Of a DNA stretch of 64,000 nt, positions 47,301 through 55,966 are shown piece by piece. The stretch spans positions 1,321,693-1,385,692 of the forward strand of contig OZ245758.1 of the NCBI GenBank assembly GCA_965227405.1, given 5' to 3'. This DNA comes from Polyangiales bacterium. Its GTDB lineage: Bacteria > Myxococcota_A > Polyangia > Polyangiales > Houyiibacteriaceae. The notes beneath the pieces are model-generated. The model ran no database searches. It saw only the letters and a program-made list of their open reading frames with translations, and was not told the origin of the DNA. A program made the position numbers and the translations under genes. Each line of letters opens with the position of its first letter. Position 1 is the stretch's first letter.

Positions 47301-48766
47301 CTGAATCACTCGCAAACCAAACCCTTCGAGAGTTGCTCGACGCCAACGGAGAGTCGGCAAGCGGACGCGACGAAGGTGGCGCACGACGTGCCAACGATCG
47401 TTGGACCACCACACAAGAGGTCACCGTCCGCGTCACCACGGAACACCGGCGCACGCGACACCAACGACGACGCTGCAGCGATGCCGCCGACCTCCTCCTC
47501 GACGGTCGCCGCGAAGTCTGGCGCGAACGACTCGACCAAGGTGGCATCTCGCATTGGATCACCGTCTACCGCCAAGCCGCGCGCGCATGTGAGCTGCGCA
47601 CCTGGCGCGATCGGCGCGCACTTCTGGATCTGATCCTAGCCAAGGCCGGAAGCATCGAGCGCATGGTGGCGGTCTATCGCTTGTTGGGGAGTAGCGGCGC
47701 CCGCAACTACGTTCGTCGTGTGGTGCTGCGTCGCGTTCGGACGCCCGAGGATCTACGCATTGCACGACAAGCGTTCGCAGGGCGCACCACCGACGCGACT
47801 CTGATTGCGCAAGTGCTTGAACGCGCTGGCGAAGGTCCCGCGAAGATCCGGGCGCTTCGAAGCTTGATCATGCAGTTCAAAACGGACCTCAACCTGCGGC
47901 TTCGACTCCTCGAAGAGCTCGAGAAGGCAGAGCGAATCGCTGAACTCCGTCGCGCCGCCCACGAGCTTCGTCGTGACCCGATGACCGACGCAGGAATCCG
48001 AACGGCCATCGGTGAGATGTACCTGCGACTCGAAGACGAAGCGGAAGCGCGACGCGTGTTTTCCGAGATCGTGGAGTTTGCGCCGCACGATGCACTGGCA
48101 CGTCGGCGATTGGGCGACATCTACTGCGCACACGAGTGGTACGAGGACGCGTATCGGCAGTACGAAACGCTGCAGAGCATCACACCCGACGATCCATCGG
48201 TCGCGTTGCTTCTCGCACGTGCGGCGGCGGGTGCAGGTCGTGTGGATGAGGCTTTGAGGCTCGAACAAGGTCTGGCGGAAAGCACTGGTGGCGATGCCGG
48301 ACTCGGACGCGTCGCACTGCTTTGGTCGTCGGTTCGTTTCGCAGAGCTTCGTGCTGCAGCCGGAAACGATGCCGAGCAGCGCGAAGCATTGGCGAGTCGC
48401 ATGCGGCGCAGTGGCGTTCTGCGCCTCGCGAAGTCGCTTCGCGCGACCTTGGTGTGGTCGCACCCGGATGCAGCGCTTTCGCTATGGGCCGGACACCCAG
48501 GGTTGAGCGTCACCCGACCGGTCGACCTCGCTCCCGAGTACGGCCTCGAAGCGTTCGAGGTCGCCACACAAGAAGCGGGTGCCTATCCGATCGAAGTGCG
48601 TCACCTGGACGCAGGTCATCTCACCACGGTGCACGCCAAGCTCGTGGTGGTGTGGAACGAAGGCCAGGAGGACGAACAAATCGAAGTGCGTGAGTTGACC
48701 TTTGGTCCCAACAATCACCGCAGTGCCTTCCGCATCGAAGGGCGCAGCCTGGAGGTGGCGCAATGA
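44354..48766 (+). CDS. Giant lipoprotein: FecR-like - VIT - von Willebrand A - acidic disordered insert - TPR/helical C-terminal module (paralog 1)
   Basis: Lipobox LVVAFSVACGGG with SD AGGAG. FecR-like region FQITEDGTIELNGTAFVEV. VIT domain WPLVMRRLDVRTRVVDDLAITEVEQVFFNP...YRIHVP...QARIYPIEPG. VWA domain DVVIVADVSAATERS (the MIDAS-position residues). C-terminal TPR-like helices. Confidence 0.8.
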   Translation: MRSLVALCALVVAFSVACGGGSGEPLPAGTVALVETIRGEGNAQRIASGSTIEIAGLSRVMLDTGPRLLVRDGSFQITEDGTIELNGTAFVEVHPGDVLNLKVGDLELSARDAGFSIEDGSVYVVAGEVRFDGAQSGTVHAGERLRDGRAVPEPLWDDWTGGLARPGPGLDSRNAIGSLYARVPDATGQARWPLVMRRLDVRTRVVDDLAITEVEQVFFNPASERVEGMYRIHVPNSAVLQRFAVDRDGTLVDGFVREKRQAEAAYEAQVYQGSTLDPALLEWVSAGQYQARIYPIEPGATRRIVVRYAEWLERNAAGNRMYRFPMAGGANAPMLQELAFEADLSGAGIKEVSSGFEAEADGQIVRMRRSDFRPRSDLYLELVDAESSDAQTAWRAEHVAPVRDPRAGAMPDEDELDYLYVPLVLPDELFGEANGGLDVVIVADVSAATERSHLELGRTVVESITAHLGDNDRVAIVASDVALRHLESDGGLGPASTERVESLLDALARVPSGGASDLGAALADASALLDPARNGVVIYVGDAAPTVGELGAEALLQRVARLPQPLRAYGVAVGSDAHLDLLDAVTRGGGLALRVETRSAAAEAALEILAHAQRPAAHRVSVVLEGAEQVFPRGTADVVQGAVLPVVGRIEDDLPVKVKVTGLIGGQEFEQEISLEHQTIEDEGDLRLRWAAQRLHQLLLSGGTREEIADLGVRYGIITPFTSFYVPSAAELSAMGSAAHELQRRPPGFEEDSIGRLALLPTQALLAMPGCSEGEPLASASGEAASQPNSEVELAPEEPLDQADIPAEDDDPARVLAELVEQAQQLQRQQGESDNRASSRTQPSNDPAPVQAVPTETPEPAAAQPSYEPEPETTTADGAFGSGGLGLRGERRRRPRGGGGEGLGDVDDVLAGATSMREAAPGRYAITRTEEESEANEELRIPYSTSSFDADEQEREAAVAATGAENAPAVARNSGVLGALDSSESLANQTLRELLDANGESASGRDEGGARRANDRWTTTQEVTVRVTTEHRRTRHQRRRCSDAADLLLDGRREVWRERLDQGGISHWITVYRQAARACELRTWRDRRALLDLILAKAGSIERMVAVYRLLGSSGARNYVRRVVLRRVRTPEDLRIARQAFAGRTTDATLIAQVLERAGEGPAKIRALRSLIMQFKTDLNLRLRLLEELEKAERIAELRRAAHELRRDPMTDAGIRTAIGEMYLRLEDEAEARRVFSEIVEFAPHDALARRRLGDIYCAHEWYEDAYRQYETLQSITPDDPSVALLLARAAAGAGRVDEALRLEQGLAESTGGDAGLGRVALLWSSVRFAELRAAAGNDAEQREALASRMRRSGVLRLAKSLRATLVWSHPDAALSLWAGHPGLSVTRPVDLAPEYGLEAFEVATQEAGAYPIEVRHLDAGHLTTVHAKLVVVWNEGQEDEQIEVRELTFGPNNHRSAFRIEGRSLEVAQ

Positions 48767-51700
48767 ACCGCCTGTGTGTTGCGCTCTTGCTCATCGGCTG
48801 CGGGGGTTCGGCGCCAGAACCTGCCGCAACGGTCGCGACCGCAGAGCCGATTCGCGGTGGCTTCCAACTCGAACGCCAGTCGTTCACCACCAACGTCGAT
48901 GTGCCGACACGCGTCGAGATCGAAAGCACAGCATCCACGGCTGAGGACGGTCGCGGCGCGTTGCGACTCGATGGCGGTGCATGGGTTCTGCTGGATCGCA
49001 ACACCAGTGCGATTCCTGCACTCGAAGCGCTGGAGCTGAAGTCGGGTCGGGCTTGGATCGACGCACGCGACACCGAGATGGTCGTGCGCACTCCGAACGG
49101 AGAGATCCGCGCGGTCGATGCCACGTTCGATGTGCAGGTCGGCGAAACCGTTGAGGCGTACTGCGCGTCGGGTGAGTTGAGTTGGATCGCGAACGACCAG
49201 GACGGACGCGTCGCACAAGGCGAATCGCTGGTGCTCAGCGCGGAACCGAGCGTGCGCCCCGAACGTTTGTGGAACGACTGGACTGGCGGGCTGGCAGACC
49301 CTCGTGCACGTCGCGATGCAGTGGCTGGGTACGTGGGTGTGTTGGCCGGTCGTGGGCTCGATCAGTTCGGCCGGGCACGACGACCGCTCGCGATTCGAGC
49401 ACACGAAGTCGATGCCGCGATCCACGACGACTTCGCGAGCACAACGGTGATCCAAACGTTCTTCAACGCGGAAAGCACCGCGCTGGAAGCTGAGTACCGC
49501 TTGCGCATTCCACGCGATGCGGTCGTCAACGGATTTGCGGTCGACCTCGGTGGCGGGTTCGTCGAAGCCACGGTGCAACCCATGTCGTCACGCGGCTACG
49601 GCTTGGACTGGGACGACCCGAGTGTCGCGACCAGTCGCTTGTCCTACGACGGGCCCGATCGATTGCGCGCGCGTGTCCACCCGGTCCAGCCCGGCGCAAC
49701 AGTGCGGGTCAAAGTCAGCTACGCACAGTGGCTGGATCGTCGCGGCGATCGGCGCACGTACCACTACCCGATGCACTCCGAAGATGCGCGCCCTCCTCGC
49801 GTGGGCGAACTCCGCGTGCGAGTCGACACAGGACGAACTGAAGTCGGTGCACATCGAGCAGGTATGGGCGCCACGGTCGACGGGAACGCCGTGGTGGTTC
49901 GACGAAGCGACTGGCAACCCAGCGCGGACTTCTACCTCGATCTGATCGATGGCGAAGACGAGGAACGTCCGGAAGGGGCATCGGCATACGTCGTCGATGC
50001 ACCTGCCGAACCCGGCGCGGATGGCACTCAGCAGTTCGTCCTGATCGATGTTCCGACCGAGGCCATCACTGCCGAATCCGAGGCGGATGGCTTGGACGTG
50101 GTGGTGGTTGTCGATGTGTCCGGCGCCACAAACGCCGAGGACTTGGAACTCGCGCGTGCGATCGTCGAGTCGGTCGCGACCCAACTTGCACCCGACGATC
50201 GGATTGCGATTCGCGTCGGCGATGTGTCGGCGCACACCCCCGAAGGCGCGTCCGATGAACTTGCGCCAGCGAACGACGCCACACGCGAAGCAATTCTTGA
50301 ATCCTTGGCGCGTGCACAACTCGGCGGAGCCACGGACCTCGGCGCGATGTTGCGCGACGCCGCAGATGTCGTGGCGAATCGTCCCAAGGGCGTGGTGATC
50401 TACGTCGGCGACGCCACACCGACGACGGGTGCGATGGAAACCACCAGCCTTCGTCAGCAGTTGGCCTCGATTCCGGATGCACCACGCTTCTTTGGACTCG
50501 CTGTCGGCGAAGGATCCAACGTCGAGCTGCTTCGTTCGCTCTTCACCGAGCCACGAACCGTGTCGGTTCAAGAACGCACCGATGCATCGCGTGCGGTGAT
50601 GCGCTTGTTGGCTCGCGCGGCAGAACCCGGACTGCGCAACGTGCAGCTCGATTTAGGCTCGGGTATCGAGCGGGTGTTCCCGCGTCCCCCCATCGCACTT
50701 ACAGCAGGCAAGCCGCTGCGCGTCGTGGGGAGACTGCGCGAAGACTTGCCCAGCGAAGTCACCATCCGTGGCGCGCTCGACGGCGCTGCGTTCGAAACCA
50801 AGATGCCGCTCACACGACGCACGCTCGACGACCAAGGCGACATCCGTCGTCGTTGGGCTGTCGCGCGACTGCAAGAGTTGATCGACGCCGACGAAGGACG
50901 TGAAGCCCTCGTCGAGCTCGGCGTCCGATTCGGAGTCCTGACACCGTGGACTTCGTACGTTGCACTCGGCGGCAAAGTCGACGGCTACTGGCCCGTACGC
51001 GGATTTGATCGCGATCCGGTCGCGCTAGATTGGGCGGCCGGAGGGGGTGCACCTCGCGAAACGAGCTCGCGAGGTTGGCGTCGACGACGCGCACAAGCCG
51101 CACCCGAACCTGTGCCAACGCTGGAACGAACCTGGGTCTCTCGGGTGAGCACGTCCGAAGAAGAGGTCACCGCCGGCAATGACGGAGGGCTGGGTCGTGC
51201 CGCGGTGGCCCGTGCACTGCAACGTTCCGAACGCGGTCCACAGGCCTGCTACGAACGCCGACTTCTTGTGCGCCCCGATCTGCGCGGCATGGTGCAAATC
51301 GAGGTTGAAGTCGACGGAGATGGCAGCGTCAAAGACGCCAAGATCGTCCGCGGTCTGGGCGAGTCTGGCGTGGACGCGTGCATCCTGACCGAGATTCGCG
51401 GTGTTCGTTTCCCGGCCACGGGTTCCAACGGCGTGCGCGTCACGCACTCGTTCCACTTCGAGTCGTCAGGACGCGGCCTGGGAACACAGCGACAGTGCAG
51501 CGATGCGTCGCGCCAGGACCTCAGCGTGCGGCTCAACCTGTGGCGCGAGCGACTCAACGCCAATGCCGGACCCGGCGGGGCACTCGCGGTGTGGCGTGAA
51601 GCCTCACGTCAGTGTGAGCTGTCCAGTTGGCGAGCTCGACGCCAACTGCTGCGTCTTCTGCTTCGTGCAGTGCCGAGCGTTGACGGTCGATTGACCATCT

Positions 51701-52824
51701 ATCGAGGTCTCGGGGGCGACGCGTCGGTGCGGACCTACCTGCGACGCGCGATTCTCGCAGGACTACGCACGCCCCAGGACGTCGCCCTCGCACGAACGGC
51801 GCTGGGCTTGGATGCACAGCTTCAGTGGCAGGTGTTCTCCCGCTTGTGGAAACGCGCTGCAAACGCAGACGCCAAACTCGCTTTGGTGCGACGTTGGCTC
51901 GAGGTCGTTCCCGAAGAGATGGATCTGAGGCTCCGACTGCTCGCGCTCTTGGAAGAGACCAACCGCTTTGGCGAAGCCGAAGAACTCGCGTACCAACTGC
52001 GCGCCGACCCGTTGGCCGATGCACGAACTCGAACGGCGGTCGGTGAGTTTTGGTTGCGCCGTGACAACGAAAAGGAAGCACGGCGGGTGTTCAGTGAGTT
52101 GGTCGAACGAACGCCCTATGACCCTTGGGCACGCCAGCGTTTGGGCGACCTGTATCGCGCACACGGTTGGCACGACGACGCGTACCGCGAGTACCGCGCG
52201 CTGTCGCGACTACGACCCGACGATGACGGCGTACTCTTGTTGTTGGCACGAGCGGCTGCAGGCGCGGGTCGAACCGACGAAGCCCTGCGTCTAGAACAAC
52301 GCCTGGCCGAGACGGTCGACGCCGGGCATCTCGAAGGTGTCGCCGCGATCTCTCGCTTGTGGACGACCACACGACTGGCCGCGATGAAAGCCGAAGCCAG
52401 TGCAGATGAACTGGCCCGACTGCGCCGTCGCGAGCGACGAACCGGTGTGCTGCGCAATCCGCCCGCGGTGTTGATCACGCTCACGTGGCCGCATCCCGAA
52501 GACGCACCGCAACTGTCCATGCGTCTTCCCAGCACCCCTGAAGAGACCTCGTGGGAACGCGCTCCGGTGTCGGCTCCGCTCTACGGATTGGAAGGTGCGT
52601 CCATTCGGGAGTTGGCCGGTGACGAGACGATCCGACTCCAGATCCGTCGAACCGACGCGGATGGGCTTCGGGACTGGCAATCCGTCCTCACTGTGATCGT
52701 GGGCCTTGGAACACCGGAAGAACGCATTCTTCGGCAAGAATTGACCCTGAATCGCGACCGGCAGGTACAGGAATTCACGCTTCAGAACGGCGTTTTGGAG
52801 AGCCAATCGCCCACCAATCCTTGA
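48763..52824 (+). CDS. Giant lipoprotein: FecR-like - VIT - VWA - TonB-C/AgmX-like domain - TPR/helical module (paralog 2)
   Basis: Signal LCVALLLIGCGGS. VIT RRPLAIRAHEVDAAIHDDFASTTVIQTFFNAES...YRLRIP. VWA DVVVVVDVSGATNAE. AALQRSERGPQACYERRLLVRPDLRGMVQIEVEVDGDGSVKDAKIVRGL...GVRVTHSFHFE is a TonB_C/AgmX-PglI-type domain. ATGA overlap with paralog 1. Confidence 0.8.
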   Translation: MNRLCVALLLIGCGGSAPEPAATVATAEPIRGGFQLERQSFTTNVDVPTRVEIESTASTAEDGRGALRLDGGAWVLLDRNTSAIPALEALELKSGRAWIDARDTEMVVRTPNGEIRAVDATFDVQVGETVEAYCASGELSWIANDQDGRVAQGESLVLSAEPSVRPERLWNDWTGGLADPRARRDAVAGYVGVLAGRGLDQFGRARRPLAIRAHEVDAAIHDDFASTTVIQTFFNAESTALEAEYRLRIPRDAVVNGFAVDLGGGFVEATVQPMSSRGYGLDWDDPSVATSRLSYDGPDRLRARVHPVQPGATVRVKVSYAQWLDRRGDRRTYHYPMHSEDARPPRVGELRVRVDTGRTEVGAHRAGMGATVDGNAVVVRRSDWQPSADFYLDLIDGEDEERPEGASAYVVDAPAEPGADGTQQFVLIDVPTEAITAESEADGLDVVVVVDVSGATNAEDLELARAIVESVATQLAPDDRIAIRVGDVSAHTPEGASDELAPANDATREAILESLARAQLGGATDLGAMLRDAADVVANRPKGVVIYVGDATPTTGAMETTSLRQQLASIPDAPRFFGLAVGEGSNVELLRSLFTEPRTVSVQERTDASRAVMRLLARAAEPGLRNVQLDLGSGIERVFPRPPIALTAGKPLRVVGRLREDLPSEVTIRGALDGAAFETKMPLTRRTLDDQGDIRRRWAVARLQELIDADEGREALVELGVRFGVLTPWTSYVALGGKVDGYWPVRGFDRDPVALDWAAGGGAPRETSSRGWRRRRAQAAPEPVPTLERTWVSRVSTSEEEVTAGNDGGLGRAAVARALQRSERGPQACYERRLLVRPDLRGMVQIEVEVDGDGSVKDAKIVRGLGESGVDACILTEIRGVRFPATGSNGVRVTHSFHFESSGRGLGTQRQCSDASRQDLSVRLNLWRERLNANAGPGGALAVWREASRQCELSSWRARRQLLRLLLRAVPSVDGRLTIYRGLGGDASVRTYLRRAILAGLRTPQDVALARTALGLDAQLQWQVFSRLWKRAANADAKLALVRRWLEVVPEEMDLRLRLLALLEETNRFGEAEELAYQLRADPLADARTRTAVGEFWLRRDNEKEARRVFSELVERTPYDPWARQRLGDLYRAHGWHDDAYREYRALSRLRPDDDGVLLLLARAAAGAGRTDEALRLEQRLAETVDAGHLEGVAAISRLWTTTRLAAMKAEASADELARLRRRERRTGVLRNPPAVLITLTWPHPEDAPQLSMRLPSTPEETSWERAPVSAPLYGLEGASIRELAGDETIRLQIRRTDADGLRDWQSVLTVIVGLGTPEERILRQELTLNRDRQVQEFTLQNGVLESQSPTNP

Positions 52825-52861
52825 TCTCACCCGGCTAGGGCGGTGACACTATCTGCGAACA

Positions 52862-54628
52862 ATGGAGCTCCAGCCCGGGCAGCGGCTGGGGGGGTTCGAG
52901 ATCGTCCAACACGTGAAGTCGGGTGGGATGGCCTCGCTCTACCTGGCCCGGCGACAAGGTGCCGCTGGTTTCAGCCGCCCGGTGGCGATCAAAATCGTTC
53001 ACCAGGAGCTTGCCAGGGACCCGAAATTTATCCGGATGTTCCTGGATGAAGCGCGACTCGCGGTTCTGATCCAACACCCGAACGTTGTTCAGGTCGAAGA
53101 GCTGCTCGAAGTCGGCGGCACGTACATGATGGTCATGGAGTACGTCCATGGAACCAGCCTCTTTGACGTGCTTCGGAAGCTGGCCCGACAAGGTCGTCGT
53201 CTTTCACCGGAACTCGCCGTGTGGATTGCCACTCGTGCTGCCGACGGGTTGCACGCCGCCCATGAACTCCGTTCGCCCGACGGTCGTCTGCTCGAAGTTG
53301 TCCACCGCGACATCAGCCCGCAAAACATTTTGCTGAGCTATTCCGGACACGTGAAGGTCATTGACTTTGGTATCGCTAAGTCGCAGCAACGAACCGACCT
53401 CACGCGCACCGGTGTGATTCGCGGAAAGCTCGGCTACATGAGTCCGGAGCAGGCCAACGCTGCGCCCGTGGATCGACGCACGGATGTCTACGCGTTGGGC
53501 ATCGTGTTGTGGGAGATGTTGACCTCGCGTCGCTTGTTCAAAGGACAAAGCGAGGTCGAACTGCTGGACAAGGTGCGCAACCCTCGTGTCGCACGACCGA
53601 GCTTGTACGGACACGTGCCTCCTGCGCTCGAGAACGTCGTGATGGATGCTCTCACGCCGCCGGTCGACATGCGCCTCAAGTCCGCGCACGAGATGCGCAA
53701 CAAGCTTCTGAAGGCGCTTCCCGAGTCGGGTCAGCTGCACTCCTCCACCCTCGCTGGGCTTTTGAGCACGGTGATGTCCGACACGATGGATCAAGGTCCG
53801 TTGAGTTGGGAGGAAGCGGGTCTGACCGGTGAACCGGCCGAGCCCTCGCGTAGTTTTCTCGCTGCGCACACGGTTCATGCGAGCGCGCCAGATTTCTCTT
53901 CGACCGAAATGGACGAAGAAGAACTTGCGACCGTCGTTAGTCAGGAAGTCCCGTTCATGACGCCTGGGATGGACCACACGGTGCAGTCCGGTCCCTATCC
54001 CGTGAGTCCGATGAGTGCGCCGATGCCGGGTCCGCGAAGTGTTCCTATGCCGGGCCCACCCATGCCGAGTGGCAGCATGCCCATGCCACCGCCTCCGCCT
54101 CGACCTTCGGGACCTTCGCCCGTCGCAAGTGGTCCTTCACCGATTTCGGCGGCGGCAGCGCTGCCGATGCCCACGCCGCAACCGATGGAACCGCCGTCGC
54201 ACACCCAACCGCGTCGACTGGTCCAACGACCCGCACAACAGTCGAACTCGTTTGCGCAGTTCCAAGCGCCACCGCCGACGATGGGAACCGGTACGGATTC
54301 GGGACAGCTCGACTTTGAAGTCGACCCGCGATCGATCGTGTACTCGGATCAACCTGCGCGTGGTGAGCGAAAAGAGAGCAAGGCTGCGGGTTGCATCGTC
54401 CAGCTCATCTCGATGACCGTGCTGGTGCTCGCACTGGCGATTGCGGTTGTGCTCGCTTACCGCGCAGGGCTCTTTCACGAACTCTTTGGTGATCCGGTGC
54501 AGCCGATTCAAGCACCCATCGATCCGAACGCACCCGTCGATCCCAATGCTGCTGCCGACCCGAATGCGGCGATGGATCCAAACGCGATCGATCCGAACGC
54601 AGCAGCTCCAGAGCCCGTGGGCGACTAA
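52862..54628 (+). CDS. Membrane Ser/Thr protein kinase with Pro-rich linker, single TM and DPNAx-repeat periplasmic tail
   Basis: LYLARRQG, AIKIV, HRDISPQNILL, DFGIAK, SPEQ. Pro-rich PMPGPRSVPMPGPPMPSGSMPMPPPPPRP. TM LISMTVLVLALAIAVVLAY. Tail IDPNAPVDPNAAADPNAAMDPNAIDPNAAAPEP. Confidence 0.85.
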   Translation: MELQPGQRLGGFEIVQHVKSGGMASLYLARRQGAAGFSRPVAIKIVHQELARDPKFIRMFLDEARLAVLIQHPNVVQVEELLEVGGTYMMVMEYVHGTSLFDVLRKLARQGRRLSPELAVWIATRAADGLHAAHELRSPDGRLLEVVHRDISPQNILLSYSGHVKVIDFGIAKSQQRTDLTRTGVIRGKLGYMSPEQANAAPVDRRTDVYALGIVLWEMLTSRRLFKGQSEVELLDKVRNPRVARPSLYGHVPPALENVVMDALTPPVDMRLKSAHEMRNKLLKALPESGQLHSSTLAGLLSTVMSDTMDQGPLSWEEAGLTGEPAEPSRSFLAAHTVHASAPDFSSTEMDEEELATVVSQEVPFMTPGMDHTVQSGPYPVSPMSAPMPGPRSVPMPGPPMPSGSMPMPPPPPRPSGPSPVASGPSPISAAAALPMPTPQPMEPPSHTQPRRLVQRPAQQSNSFAQFQAPPPTMGTGTDSGQLDFEVDPRSIVYSDQPARGERKESKAAGCIVQLISMTVLVLALAIAVVLAYRAGLFHELFGDPVQPIQAPIDPNAPVDPNAAADPNAAMDPNAIDPNAAAPEPVGD

Positions 54629-54657
54629 CTCGTCCTGCAAACGGGTAGTTTGAACAA

Positions 54658-54787
54658 AGGGTTCAGATTGGGGACAGGGTCAGATCTGACCCGAACTCCT
54701 CCGAAAACGACCGACTTTCCCCACGATCACTAATTGTATGGTCACATAGTTCAGTTCAGATCTGACCCTGTCCCCAAACTGAACCCC
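54658..54787. repeat. Inverted-repeat element: two 33-35-bp arms (about 30/32 identical) around a 16-bp perfect palindrome GGGTCAGATCTGACCC, with a 61-bp spacer
   Basis: Arm A 54658-54692 gggttcagattggggacagggtcagatctgaccc. Arm B 54754-54787 is its reverse complement with two mismatches. It sits between convergent gene 3' ends. Confidence 0.6.
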
Positions 54788-54802
54788 CATCTGGGAGGTC
54801 AA

Positions 54803-55966
54803 TCAAGCGGGGCGCAGAAGCACCAGACTCTCGCGCCGTTCACGCTTGCCCGTGTAATCCGGGCGGGTCTGACTCGCGCTCGCCACCCATCGAAGCCCCG
54901 CATCCGCAGCTAAGCGGCCGAGTTGCTTCGACGCTTCGATCCGCCGATCGCCAATCTGTCCGTCACCGACCAAGAAGATCACCGACGCGTCTTCGGTCAA
55001 CACGCTCGCGATCGACTTGAGCATCTCGCGAACCTGTTGGTCCCACCGCTTCACGTCTTTGTTCCGCCGAAAGTCGCGACGCGCACCGATCTCAAACCGT
55101 CGCATCCGGGCGGGATCGATCCCCAACCAGGGATACCGCCGCATGTGATGATCGACATAGTTGTAGGTGCCTCCGTAGGGCGGCGAACTGAGCACCAGCC
55201 CTGCCTTCACATCTTTGGGCAACCGCTTCTTCAGCTCACGCGCGTCGCCTTCGATCACGCGTGGTCGCGCGGAACGACGCGCAAGCGGTTCGAGCTCTGC
55301 CCACCGACTCAGCAACTCCATGCCTTTGTCGAGAAAGAGCTCCGTCGGAAGCCCCTTACGAATCCGCTTGTCCTGCATCTGCATGCTGGTGTCGGAGCGC
55401 TGCTTGCTCACCTTCACGATGATCGAGCTCAGCAGCATTTCGAACGCGCGCCGATCCTCGACATCTTCGATCGCTTTGATCTCAGCACGCAGCCCAGCGA
55501 GCTCTTTGAGAACGTTGGGCGCGTACCACTGAATCTCGGTTCGCGGCAGTGGTGCACGCGCATCGACGCGTTCGCGTACTCGCTCTTCGGAGCGAACAGC
55601 AATCCCTTCCAAGGCCACTCGAAAACGCGTGCGGGACGCTTCGTTTCGAACATCGCTTTTGACCCGAGCAAGGCGAACACCCAAAGGGCTCAAATCCACG
55701 CCGAGCGCACGACGTCCGGCAATACGCGCTTCGACGAGCACCGTCCCCGACCCGCAAAAGGGATCGACCACCGGTTCACCCTTGTACAGCTCCAACACTT
55801 TGCGCGCGACACGCGGATGCATGCGCGCGGGATACGAATGAAATCCATGCGTGAGGTCGTCGGGAGCTTCGGAACTGCACGCGATGGCTTCGGCAAGCTT
55901 CGCCGATTCTTCGGCGAGCCCATGTTGCTCGACCGCTCCACCCTGGTTGGAGAGTGCCTTCTTCAT
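54803..55966 (-). CDS. Site-specific DNA amino-methyltransferase (N6A/N4C), circularly permuted motif order
   Basis: HGFHSYPARMHPRVARKVLELYKGEPVVDPFCGSGTVLVEARIAGRRALGVDL (motif X plus motif I, like the C-terminus of beta-class PF01555 enzymes) comes first. Motif IV LVLSSPPYGGTYNYVDHH comes about 190 aa later. Confidence 0.75.
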   Translation of the reverse strand: MKKALSNQGGAVEQHGLAEESAKLAEAIACSSEAPDDLTHGFHSYPARMHPRVARKVLELYKGEPVVDPFCGSGTVLVEARIAGRRALGVDLSPLGVRLARVKSDVRNEASRTRFRVALEGIAVRSEERVRERVDARAPLPRTEIQWYAPNVLKELAGLRAEIKAIEDVEDRRAFEMLLSSIIVKVSKQRSDTSMQMQDKRIRKGLPTELFLDKGMELLSRWAELEPLARRSARPRVIEGDARELKKRLPKDVKAGLVLSSPPYGGTYNYVDHHMRRYPWLGIDPARMRRFEIGARRDFRRNKDVKRWDQQVREMLKSIASVLTEDASVIFLVGDGQIGDRRIEASKQLGRLAADAGLRWVASASQTRPDYTGKRERRESLVLLRPA

